Below, piece after piece: positions 21,305-33,400 of a stretch of DNA of 33,511 bases (positions are counted from its first letter, which is position 1; the number at the start of each line of letters is the position of its first letter). The DNA comes from Nemertoderma westbladi (lineage: Eukaryota; Animalia; Xenacoelomorpha), in NCBI GenBank assembly GCA_032718475.1, contig JAUCBJ010004096.1, positions 1-33,511 on the forward strand, written 5' to 3'. Under the pieces are notes generated by a model that worked only from the letters and a program-made list of their open reading frames with translations, did not search any database and had not been told where the DNA came from. Position numbers and translations under genes: made by a program.

Positions 21305-21949
21305 CCCTTTTACATGCTTATCTTACATACTTACATAGTTAACATTGATTTATTGTTATTATTGCTGTTATTATCGTTGTTGCTCATTATGTATTAACAT
21401 TGTTTAAAGGAAACATCTCGTTTTATTTACCACCATAATAGGTGAGTTGCTAACTTCGAGTATTGCCCTACAGGCGACAACGGTTCAAACGTATTGAGTG
21501 TGTATGACATCCAACACTGTAATATTATTTACCAACACGAACACAAGCATTCATAACAAATATATTTAAGATCAATGTATAGCAATATCGATTCAATAGT
21601 ACGAGTAATAAGTATACTTACCCTATACCTAGACCTTTCACAAATGTTTCATTATTAATTCATAATAAGTCATAATTACGAATACTTGCATACAACGTAG
21701 TGAAACGGAACTGTCTACACGTATATTACAACATATCCCCCTCCCTAAGTTCAGTTTACAGCCATAAATATCTACTGTACTTTACGTCCCATCTATTGTA
21801 TCAAAGTAACGATCCGTTGTATAAGTGCTCCCACGGATTCGTGGGTACACCGAGGCAATTAGTACTTTACGACTGACTAGGTCTAGTGGGGTGTTTGAAC
21901 TTCGAAATTGGGTTACGCGATCGAACTTTATATTACCATTGAGAACTGT

Positions 21950-24900
21950 AAAATTAATCTTGACTTAAATGCCTCGACATCGGGTGTTGTAATGATGAAA
22001 TTCAGATGATTTAGAAAATAGAGTCGATAAAGGGTGATTTGTATTTGATAAAGCATCAAAAAGTAGTTGGCCTAAGTGAAATTTAAATAGAGATTCAAGG
22101 GGGAGAATATTTAATGATCTGTAAATAGGGATAGAGGATGCTTGGTAGTGGCTAAAAGTTATGCAGCGAATTATTTTATTAATTTTTATTCTAAGCGGGC
22201 GTATTGTCGTTGTATGTGTGGAACCCCATAGAGTATGTATAGAGTATGTACTGTAATATACGGATGTACGAGACAGAAGTAGAGTGTGCGAAGAATTTCA
22301 AGGGGAAATATGTGCCTTAATTTATAAAAAATGCCTGATGTTTTGCCAATTTTAGCGAGGATATAATTAATATGTGATTTCCAATTTAGTTTTCGGTCCA
22401 TCAATACACCTAGAAATTTCGCACACTCCACCTGTTTAATATTATTGTTTTTTATTTTTATTTTCGGTAAGCAGTCGTGCCGTTGATTACTAGATATGAA
22501 ATATTCTGTTTTAGTTAGGTTTAGTGATAAGCTGTTGTCGACTAGCCAATCAGAGATCTTGTCTAGCTCGTAGTTAGCAGTAGTAATTAGTAGTTCAAGA
22601 TCTTTGTGGCTATGAAGAAGGGTTGTGTCATCAGCGAAGAGGGTGGTCAGAAGGTTAGAAGCATTAGGTAGATCATTAATATATAGTAAGAAGAGTAGTG
22701 GTGATAATACCGAACGTTGGGGAGTGCCACAACTCAGATGCAAAGGCGGTGAAAGACAGTTATTTAGAGAAACAGATTGTGACCGGTTTGATAGAAAGCT
22801 TTGAAATAAATTTTTTGGTGTTCCGCGGATTCCATATGTATCTAATTTTTTTAATAAAATGTTGTGATCTAATGTATCGAATGCTTTTTTCAAGTCGATA
22901 TAGATAGCACAGGCTGAGTTTTTAGAGTCCAGTATAGATCGAATTTTTTCAGTAACCGTTAATATGGCATATGATGTTGATATTTTTTTCCTGAAGCCGA
23001 ACTGTCGTGATGTTAAAATTGAAAAGCGTTCGAGGTAGTTTTGAAGTTGGGAATATATAATTTGTTCATAAATTTTGCTAAATACCGGTAAGAGAGAAAT
23101 TGGGCGATAGTTATTTGGATCGAGTGGATCACCCCCCTTATACAGTAGTTTGGTATTATTTTAGCATATTTTAGGCAATCAGGAAAGTTTCCAATAGTAA
23201 TAGATAGATTGATTAAGTAAGTAAGGTGGTGGGCAAGTGGTTCAGCAATGGTTCTTAGAAGTTTAGAAGGAAAGTTATCATTAGTAGCGGAGTTTGTATT
23301 TAATTGTAGTATCAAGTAGTGGATTTCCGGGACAGTAGTGGGTACTAGAGAGAATGATTTAGAATTATAGCTACGGATGTGTCGGGTAGGTGATCGTACT
23401 GGGCGGGGCATAGAACGTTCTAATTTTGAGCCTATAGAACTGAAATGCTTATTTGATGTGGAGGCAATTTTAATAGGGTCATTTGTTGTTTTGATGCCGT
23501 CGCTCGTAATAAAATTCATCTTAGTTGGCATTGCCGATTTTTTGGATCTATGTAGAACAGAATTAATAACAGCCCAGGTTTTGCGCATGTTTCCTCTGTT
23601 TTTATTAAATTGTGACTCAATAGTACGATTTTTCTGCAGCTTTTAATATTGTATTAAGACCGTTTTTATATTTTTTGTAATTTGATCCGTTATATGCTGT
23701 TGGAATTTTTAAAAATTTGGAGAAAAGTCTGTTCTTTTTTTTAATACATTTTAATAAGGCTTGAGTTATCCATGGTTTGTGTGTAATCTTCCTTTTCGGT
23801 ATAAATTTTTTTGGTAGGTGTTTATTACATATTTTTTCAAAATATTGGTAAAAGTGTTCGAATTTTGATTCATTTGGAACATCTTGCGATCTGTATGAGC
23901 TCATTGGAACCGATTGGAAGTCAAATAAAAAGTCTGTTGCCTTAAATTTTGAGCAGTCATAGGTTGTTATTTTTTTGGGTTGTTCAAAAAATGCTGAGAA
24001 CTCCTGAAAAATTGCTAAATGCTAAATGGTCCGTTGTGCCATACTCAGATAAAAAGACTCCAGAGCTGTTTATGCATGTCGAAATATTTGTAATTATATG
24101 ATCCAGGGTAGAGTTTGCTCCAAAGACTATACGTGTAGGTTGTTTTATAAGCTGAGTAAATCCGTAAGAGGATATTGTCTTAAGATATTGGGAACTTTCT
24201 TTGGTTATTTTGTTAAGGTTTACGTTAAAATCGCCAGCAAGTACAATATCTACATTTAGATTAGAGATGGATAACAAAAGTTTATCGAAAATTTCATGGA
24301 ATGTATTAACATTAACAGATGGTGGTCTGTAGATTATACCTACTAAGAGATTTTTATTGCTATTTGTTTTAATTTGAATCCACTTGTTTTCAATTCCGTC
24401 GACTTTTAATTCAGGTTTTTCCAGAAAATTTATGTTGTCTTTGATGTAGTAGCCTACGCCCCACCCAGTACCAGTCTTTCTTCCGCTTGGCCGGGCTGAA
24501 AGGAAGGGACCGGCATATCCTTCTATTTGTAGTTTACTTAAGTCTTCATTCTCACCTACGAGAGTTTCTGAAAAAGTTAGCATATCGAAATCATGTTCTA
24601 ATGAACTTAAGATATCGGTAGTTGGTGATAGATTTCGGTTTAAACTCCTACAGTTGAGGTGGAAAATAGAAAAGTTAGGTTTAGAATTTATCAACTGAAT
24701 TTCATCATTGAACCCGTCGTCAATATAGTATTCGCTATACCTGGCGGTGTTTAAGATATGTATATCAGGGTCTATTAACTAAATTTTGGGTTGGTAATGT
24801 CGCTGTTAAAATCGGAAATAATTGTCGAGGATTCAAATATATCGTCGTCGTCTGAAGAAATAGTTGTAAAAGGGAAAATATCATAATAACAATGCATACA

Positions 24901-25110
24901 ATAATGACCAGAAAAAGATTTGGATCCATATAATTCATTGAGTTCAGCAATAGTCAAGTGAGAACCGCATGGTAGGTGGAACCAATTTCTACATAAAATA
25001 CAGTGAATGGGAATATCAGAAGGGACAAACTGTGAGTAGCAAAATGTGCATGAGGAATAGGGGGAAGGGGGAGGGGTTTGGGACAGGATTCTTGTAATTG
25101 GGATAGACAT
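21950..25110 (-). pseudogene. LINE ORF2: PHD finger, APE endonuclease and reverse transcriptase (fragmented)
   Basis: CTFC...CILCRNWFHLPC...CMHCYYDIFPF; FSIFHLNCRSL, FSET, IIYRPPS, AGDFN, TLDHI, TDH; KPWIT; FPDCLKYAKIIP; KKAFDTLDH, GTPQRSVLSPLLFLLYINDL, LFADDT, KFLGVLMDRKLNWKSHI. Confidence 0.92.
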
Positions 25111-25399
25111 GACAGTTTAATTTATCTCGTACTGGAACGGACCATACATTACATATATATAGATAATATATCTGTACTTCAATACTCAATTAAAAATAAG
25201 ATTTCTTAGAATGGCAGATATTTTACAGTTGTTCTAAATTTGATTTCCTTAGTAATATCCCTCACTTGGTTCATCATTATTAAAATTCCTGACTCAGATC
25301 TTCTTTCTTAATTAAATTATTTAATTAATTAATTCGTTAATATAAAAATACCGTGCGTCCGTTAACAGCTTGCTTCCTTCATGGAAGTTTGTCGGACTC

Positions 25400-26263
25400 G
25401 AGCGACTCGAAGGAGTTACTGATTTGAATAGGTTTACCGGAGACGCGACTGCTCGATGCATCGCGTGGATGGAGAGATCGATCAACGGATGCCTTCGCGA
25501 CAGCCGGTAGATCAGAATCGGTGACCAGACGGGAATATTGGTCGTCGGTTTGTATGGGTGGGGAAGAAACTGTTGGGCAGAGAACCGCGTCGATATCTTG
25601 GATTGTTGTTACTCGGATCGGTTTATTGTTTTGAGAAACGCGAATGGTAACAACACCGGAATATGAATAGGCAGCGACCCAGCGTGTAGGCGCCTCGACC
25701 GCTTTAGTTTCAACGCGTGATGTAGGATAGCCATTCGGCGAGGTGTTAGGTGATCTGTTGCGTAGATGCCAGTACCTTCCAGTAATTTACGGTTTCCGAA
25801 AACGACCCAGCGTGATGAATGGCCATAAAATCGGACGATAATAGGACGGGACTTTGTCTTACCTTCTTTAGCTATTGAGTTGATACCGGTAGGTGACTTT
25901 CCAAGATGGTGAAAAATGTCAACGGAGTTAATTAAAGTTAATACCTAGGGTGGAGAGAACATCTTGGAGAGATTTCCGATTGTCATCTTTGCTACCTTCG
26001 GCAATTCCATGAAGCAGAACCGAGTGCCGTCGCTCGTATTGGTCGAGTTCATCGATATGTAGCTCTTGTGTTGCAATATTGTCTTTTAGAGCTAGGTTCT
26101 CTCTTTTTAATGTTTCGTTTTCCTTGAGGATAACTGGGATGAGTTCTAGTTGGGTCTTTATGAGCTTAATGTCTCCATCCAAATATTCGAACTTAACTTC
26201 AATAAGGTCATTAAGCTTTTGTATAGTGGCAGCCCAGTTCTCTTTGTCAGCCTTGCGTGCCAT
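25400..26263 (-). pseudogene. LINE ORF1 (coiled coil plus RRM-type domain), frameshifted
   Basis: Coiled coil then DELDQYERRHSVLLHGIAE. After a frameshift at about 25930 it reads VDIFHHLGK...SRPIIVRF...RKLLEGTGIYATDHLTPRR; the end is approximate. Confidence 0.85.
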
Positions 26264-26434
26264 TGCGGAACAGGCAGATAGAGGGTATTGATTGCAGGAT
26301 TGAGTATTTAAGTTCAGTATTTATTTGCAAGTATTGGTCTGAGCCAGACTTAGGTAGGCAGCCAGCAGTAGCAGTACATTACAGCCATACTACTGTTATA
26401 CTATTAAAAAAAAAAAAAATTATTATTAAAAATG

Positions 26435-27790
26435 ATTATGCACTGGCTGGTCCTCACGGCGAAAGCAATGTCCTGCAAAGCGGAGGCGGTTCCGTTCATG
26501 TTTCAAGCTACGGGAGAGTAATTGAACATATCTAATGTTTTGTAGAGTCAGATTGGAGATGTGTTCATTGTACTTGACACAATGAACCCGGCGCAGAATT
26601 CTTGTGAATGTGCCATCCAGAGATGTGGTATCCTCTGCAGTTAGAGCCCAGCATGGACTCCCATAAGAGTATTGGTACTACTACTGCCATAAATAATCGA
26701 ACCTTAAGGTTTCGTTTTATTCTATGGGACTTCCAAATCCTGGACAAACTAATTAACGCTGCCCATGCCTTCCCCTTACGTATCCGAAGGCCTTCATCTG
26801 AATTTCTGCTCCATGATCCCAAGTAGCAGAAGTCATCCACGTGCTCAGCTCAAGCAAGCCATCCTTGGAGCTTATGCCATTTCTTGAGGGCTGTTTAGGT
26901 TGACTGTAGTGATTTTAGTCTCTTGGAATTTACAAAAAAAAAACGCTAGAAGCAACCTGCAACCTTTGGGCTCCCTCTAGTGATTCCAACAGTACCCCTA
27001 AGTCATCAGCAAAGTCTAGATCAGTAAGGTACTTTGCTGGATTTCCTCTACTTCTTGTGCCAGTAGGAGGTGTTACCGTCACCCCATCCTTATTAAGATG
27101 ATCTAAGGACAAGCGTAGAACATAATCAACAACAATTACGAATAAGAATGGCGCAAGTGTGTCAACCTGAAGGACTCCCCATAAGACTTCGAATGGATCT
27201 GTGTCACCGTCAGCAGTAGATACATATGTGGTGGAACCATCGCACAGTGATCTGATAGCTGCAATAATTTCCTCAGAAATCCCATATGCTGCAAGTATGC
27301 TGAACATACGTGGTCGGGAGACTGAAGTCCTTAAAGAAGTCAACAAAGATAATAGCCAGTTGTCTGTCTTTCTTTATCGATAACTCTTCGATTATCCATC
27401 AGAGTGCCAGAATAGACTCCATCATCCCACGACCTTTACGGAACCCATTTTGGTTCCCACGTAACAGTCTCTGAACAGGATCCCTGATGCGATTTAATAG
27501 AATTCTGTTGTATAGCTTTGAAGCAATCGAGATTAGTGACATTTTAGATTCCACTAAAAGATCCACGGGTTGTTAAGTTGCCCTTCTTTGGGGTTGGGAC
27601 CAACTTATTTGTTTTCAGTTCTTGAAGGACTCTCTTTGTCCTATACATGTCCACAATAGTTGGGTGAATGAGCTCCAAGCACTGAGGAATTTTAAAGACC
27701 TCAGGGGGCACGTCATCTACTCCACTGGCACAATTCAGATACACGATGTACCTCAAAGTTATCCGGCAATACCCTTTCATTGTTTAGAAG
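26435..27790 (-). mobile_element. RTE-clade non-LTR retrotransposon, RT fragment, decayed
   Basis: GVDDVPPEVFK, LVPTPKKGNL, ISLISIASKLYNRILLNRI...NQNGFRKGR, GVLQVDTLAPFLFVIVVDYVLR, DLDFADD, DDFCYLGS and RLRFAGHCFR. It breaks off at about 26435, where the CR1/L2-like LINE begins. Confidence 0.88.
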
Positions 27791-28197
27791 CTTCTCAAAG
27801 TGGTCCTTCCAACCGTCCAACTGTCAACCTATATTCTTTATATTCTCCTATATTCTTCTCTTTTTTTGACAAGATTATTTTTTCGTACTGATAATGTTTT
27901 TAGCAGTTTGGCAAACAATAAATTTTTTTGAGTGTATAAACAGGGCTTAAGGAAATATCTATCCCGCACTTGATGTGCTACAACTTCCCTTCTTTGTCGC
28001 AGGCGTCCGTTGGATTTACTGGCGAAAGGAAAAGACCTGATGCAATCAATAAAGTATCATAAAGGCAATCAAATGCGGCAAGTATTAAAACCTTTATAGA
28101 ACAATTATTAGTAACTACCTTAGTATAGATACCACTGTGTGTTAGTTATCACTTTAAATTACATTCTTATGAATATCGGTCACAGACAGATACACCG

Positions 28198-28518
28198 CGT
28201 TATGGCAACTGTTGCGTTCGGCAAGAGTCGTGATTCGGCAATAACGTTACGTTTCGGCAAAAAATATGCATTTCGGCAAAAAGTCGCAATTTGGAAAAAG
28301 TCACGATTCAGCAATACAATTTGCGTTTAGGCAAAATATTTGCGTTTCGGCAAAAAAGTCGCAATAAAAAGTCGCAATTTGGCAAAAAGACGCGATTCAG
28401 AAATAAAATTTGCGTTTTGGCAAAAAGTTGCGTTTCGGCAACATTCGCGATTCGTCAAAAAATTCACGTTTCGGCAAAAAGATCCGTTTCGACAAAAAAG
28501 TTGCCTACCGGCATTGCG
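28198..28518. repeat. Minisatellite of CG(T/A)TTCGGCAA units, about 20-bp period
   Basis: Alternating TTTGCGTTTCGGCAAAAA and GTCGC(A/G)ATT(T/C)GGCAA units, roughly 15 copies; resembles repeat-rich termini of foldback/Mutator-type elements. Confidence 0.8.
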
Positions 28519-28626
28519 TAAATTTTTTTTTGTTTTTTTTTTGGTGGGGGGGGGGGGGGGTGGTGGCGCCTCAATAACGACAACAATTGCAGGATATGAT
28601 GTATAGTATAAATTACTATTACATTA

Positions 28627-28735
28627 CACCATGTCCCAGAATATAGTGTCGTAATTCAGTGACGCCCCCCCCCCCCCCCCCACCCCTAATTTTTCTACAA
28701 TTCTTAATGAGATAGCATGAAATTTGAAACAGAGA
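28627..28735 (+). mobile_element. Possible Tc1/mariner-type MITE left part
   Basis: TA-CACCATGTCCCAG start; interrupted at a TA by the palindromic element; no right terminus identified. Confidence 0.3.
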
Positions 28736-28737
28736 TA

Positions 28738-29428
28738 GTTTCACCTCCCGACCACTGACTGGGTGAGCCAGAATTTTTATTTTTGCTTTCAATCTTTAGC
28801 TACAAGCGTTTAAAAAAGTGTCTCCAGCGATATTACACCAGTTACACCGCAGTTATTCTTCTACCATATAGCTGTTTGTTGGTACCAATGGAAAGCTGAC
28901 CCTGCAAGGATTCCAAATATGTACCACAATTTGAATTTCGTTGAAAATAGCGGAGATATGGGCGTTCAAATTTTGCATGGTTATGCACCTATGCGAGGCT
29001 ATTTTATTATATTTAATAAATACATCATAATCTGGAATATTTTGTTTATCCAAATACGTAGCTGGGCAACAATGCATTACATCTTTAATCATACTATTAC
29101 GTAGCTATTCATACATTTAAAAAATGTTCCAGAATATGTTTTATTTATTAAATAGAATAAAATAGCCTCACGCCTGTGCAAAACCATGCAACATTTGAAC
29201 GCTCATATCTCAGCTATTTTTCAACGAAATTCAAATTGTGTTACATATTTGGAATCCATGCATGACCAGCTTTCAATTGGTACCAACAAACAGCTATAAA
29301 GTAGAAGAATAACTGCGGTGTAACTGGTGTAATATCGCTGGAGACACTTTATTTAAACGCTTGTAACTAAAGATTGAAAGCAAAAATAAATATTCTGGCT
29401 CACCCAGTCAGTGGTCGGGAGGTGAAAC
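28738..29428. mobile_element. 691-bp palindromic MITE with about 305-bp inverted arms, flanked by TA
   Basis: TA-GTTTCACCTCCCGACCACTGACTGGGTGAGCCAGAAT ... ATTCTGGCTCACCCAGTCAGTGGTCGGGAGGTGAAAC-TA; arms pair inward to about 29044/29121. Confidence 0.9.
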
Positions 29429-29889
29429 TAGATTTCATTCAAAGTAAAACCTGACCTCAGAAATGAAATCAACGACCATGAAAATCCCCATGACAAAAAT
29501 CTGAGCATGGTTATGTTCTTTCTTGTTGCTAGAAAAGTATTGACAGACATTCTCACATATTAGCAGACAGTTTTTGCGCGGGAAGGCAACCTTTAAAATC
29601 AATTATCTCAGAATGACATTTATCATTTTTAAAACACAACTACTCGTCCGCCATTTTTCAACCAAATCTAATGATTTTTAGGCTCATTCGAAAGGGTTTC
29701 GGCAGTTCTTTAACATTTATCTTATAGAATTTCTTTAAAAAAAGTTTATTAGGTCGATAAAAGTAGCATATATATTCTCATAATTAGTTTAGGTGCTCTG
29801 TTATTACATAAAATTGCCATGTGGGATTTATATTAAAGAAGAAAACATTCAGTGATCTAGGTGGGGCCTTTACTTTCTCTTCAGTATCT

Positions 29890-30004
29890 AAGGGGTTAAA
29901 CCAAACATAAACCAATAACCATATATGGAAGGTGTTAAACCAAACATAAACCAATAACCATATATGGAAGGGGTTAACCAAACATTAACCAATAACCCAT
30001 AACC
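29890..30004. repeat. 39-bp tandem repeat, about 2.7 copies
   Basis: GGTTAAACCAAACATAAACCAATAACCATATATGGAAGG repeated. Confidence 0.9.
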
Positions 30005-30431
30005 ATCACACATATAAACTGGTACCGGTAACATATAGCAGTTGTGTTTAATGAATCATATAGAACTGTAGACCAGGTACAGTATCTCTTCTACAACTCA
30101 TTGGGAATTCAAACTGTAAAATAAATAATAAAAACGTTAAAGTAAATAATTTTATAGTAAAAAACGATATTATTATTCCGGAACTACAGTATTATTAATA
30201 ATTATTATTAACTTTTCACCCAAATATATTATTATATTTTATTTATATTTATATAAATATATTATTTAATATTTATTATTATAATTTTTTATAATTATAT
30301 TAATATTATTTATTATATTTTATAATTTAATATAAATAGTTAAATTAAGTTTTAATTAATAATATTATTGAGAATATACCATATACATTTACCGTTTAAT
30401 ATTTGTGGATTTTAATAATATACTGTATTAA

Positions 30432-30480
30432 TAGTTGTATTGAGTTATATTAGTTATATTAGTTATCTTAGTTGTATTGA
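30432..30480. repeat. 9-bp tandem repeat (AGTTATATT-like) near the 3' end of the CRE element
   Basis: tagttgtat tgagttatat tagttatat tagttatct tagttgtat. Confidence 0.7.
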
Positions 30481-33400
30481 TCCAGTAACTCCCGTAGCGA
30501 TGCGCATTGCGTTCTGTCGGTTTTGGAGTCTCCAATTATTATTCCATGTTTTTCAACGCAGTAACAGCTAACTAACGATGTTGGTCTGGGTGCTCAAAGA
30601 GGCCGCCTGGAGAAGGTCCCGCCGTCGCTAGGATGGAAGCGGCATTACCCACGAGAATGGCTATACCAATTCGCTGTAGAAGGAACCGGTGAGAGCGGGG
30701 TTCGTGGGTAACTATCTGCAGACGGGAACCAATCTCATGGAGGTAGTTGGAGGTCTCCGGGCCGGGGCGACCCAAGGTTTCAAAGGCCACGGGATGGAAG
30801 ATGTGGCCTCGCTCCATCACCTCGTTGTAGGTGGCATTTTTGCCACGTTCTGCTCCCTCCACGGTGCGCCCTCCGGCAATTAGCGTCTGGTGCACATGGC
30901 TTGGTGCCAGCGGATCGACCACTGTGGCATCCCAGGTGAGGGTTCGGCCCTGGGACCATGGAACCAGGGTGACTCCATCTACCCTCTTCCCATCATTCCT
31001 GCAGAGGCCTGGGGGCTCCAGGATGGAAGGGACCCCACAGCTGACCAGCGCCCGCCTCACAATGTCATTCAACATCGCATGGCGGGCATGACGGCCAGCG
31101 CTCCTCCGACAGGAAAGGCCGTGGAGGCCATTCGCAGCCACTGGAGTTCCACATCGATCGCATGTGTGGGGTTCCACTACTTTACATCCAAGGCGAGTGG
31201 CAATGGCGATTCGAAACTGCGAATTCGAAAGCTTCAGTCCTAATGAGGCGCTAGGAAGTGCATCGATCCAGCAGCCCGCAGTAGGGTCAGCGAGGGAGTT
31301 CAAACGGGCGAGATCAAGGGGTGTAGCCACGAGGCGTAGGGTGGCGAGATTCTCCTCGTGAACTGGGAGCATCCAGGCTCTCTGACTCGATACAGCGGGA
31401 GGTGGTGCTGAATCTCGCGGTAGGGATGCACTTCGGGTAGCATGGGCCGACTCCATGTATGGTCCAGGAGACCCATCGGACTGGTGTAGACGGTTGGAGA
31501 GCTCGGTACAGGCAGCCGCTGAAGCCAAAAAGGCAGAGGGTGCGAGCTGCACCGCCGAGCTCAATCCTAGTCCACCCAATCGTGCTGGGAGGCAGGCCTG
31601 GGCCCAGGCTTGATCGCCAATGTCGGTATTGGCGACCTCTTGGAGGGCACTTCGGAGGATTCGGTCGTAGTCCCTGAGAAGTGCTGGGAACTGGAAGCAG
31701 GGAGCCGTCCTGAGGAAGTACGTAAGCCGTGGCATGGCGAACGAGTTCCTCAGGAGGAAGAAACCGTGGTGGGCCTCCAGCAGTGGAAGACGGCTGACAA
31801 GCGTGGAGAGGTCCCCCACCTTTCTCGTCAGACAGGAGGTGATGGCAGTTTCACCAATCGGAGACCCCAGCATTGTTAACTGGTCCAGTGGAGGGTACTG
31901 GATACCCGGGCAAATGGCATCAAATGCTGATCGTATTTGGGCCTGGGACTCCTCTGACTCAGTACCCAGGAAGAACACCTCGCTCTTCTTTGGGTTGATA
32001 GATAGCCCATATCCCTTCCCTTCGTTAATAACCTTCTCCAGGTCCTGTAGGACAGTGCGATAGTCATCAGCAATGTTCCCATCATCCAGGTACCAGACAT
32101 TGAAGCGAGATTCCAGCCCCTGGATGATTGGATTCGCAGTATCCCCGAAGAGGCGAGGTCCATCAGTATCCCCCTGTTGTATTCCCTCGTCGGAGAGGAT
32201 GGTGTCATTACCATGGAGAAGGAAGGTTGCCGCTCCATACGCCGCGAGGGTGTAGTTATAGATGGAGGGATACTGGGAATGTATGCTCTCCAGCATGGTG
32301 TCTCGTCTAATGGAATTAAACGCGTTGCTGAAATCAACTTTAAGTAACACCGTCCCCGGATGGTTCTCACCACACACAAGTGCCCTTGTAGCATGGACTG
32401 CCGCCTCAGCGCCAAGCTTGCAACCAATTCCTAGCTGCACTGCCCCATATGACTGGGTCCGTAGGTCCGCCACTATGTAACCGACGAACTTTCCACATAG
32501 CCGTCGTAAGGTGACCCCAACAGCAATAGGGCGGATTCCACCACCTCTCTTTGTGAAGGCAAAAAGATTAGCCCCAAAGAAAAGTGGGCGGACAGGAACT
32601 GGTATCTCGCCTGCAACAGTGCTGTCAACAAAACATGCAAGGGATGCGAGTAGGCGCTCACCTGCTTCACCATTGGTAGGTGAAACTAAATCCTTCAGAA
32701 TCTGGGGACGCAGCCCATCTGGCCCACCTGCACTTCCACTGGGGAATGAAGCGATTAACTGCCGAAGAATGGTGGGAGAGCAGGGTCGAGCGGCTTGAGT
32801 AACTGGTGGGGGTGGTTCTCTCCTATCAAGGGGTCGGGGTGGGTGTTTCTCCTGTAGACCTAAACGTGTCTCTGGTGTATCTGGGGCGATAGTATCCCTT
32901 GAGGATGCCAACCTGATGGCTCCCTTAATGTCCCCATCCTCTATCTTCTCGGCAACCGCTGTGGCTAGGCGAATGGAGTCCCCTTGGATCTTTTGTGAAA
33001 CTGATCTCGGGGGAACAGACCGTGGCGGAGGGAGACCCAGGCCCCCTTGAGTCATAGCTCGGAAGTCCGCAATCTTCTGGTTGACATGAGTGGCAAGGGA
33101 TCGATGGTGCTTCCTTCCACCTCGTCTAGGGGCCGGGATACAGCAGTGTCCAACCATGAGTAACCGGACCCAAGCCTGTATGTTCAATGGGTCTTCCGCT
33201 ACCGTAGTTAAGATTTCACCCAATAGGTCCGCTAAGCTGGTCCTCGATGCCTTAGGGACATGTCTCAACTGGCGACATCGCCATCCCTGTAACTGATTAA
33301 GAATATCCCTGTCTGATGGCTCCACTGTCTCACCAGATGATTGGCTTCCCAAATGGGTTTGGGGACCAGTTGTCATTCCTGCAGGGTGATCTGACCCTGG

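Larger units (their letters stand above)
21950..26430 (-). mobile_element. CR1/L2-group LINE (Crack/Daphne/CR1-like), near full length, decayed
   Basis: ORF1, then PHD finger, AP endonuclease and RT in order on the minus strand, with several frameshifts and stops. The 3' end is uncertain (it may extend to about 21250). Confidence 0.9.

Noticed and set aside
28198-28518. Regularly spaced repeats as a CRISPR array
   Set aside because: No unique spacers, degenerate units, eukaryotic TE context and no cas genes. ORFs 28139-28606 are translations of the repeat.
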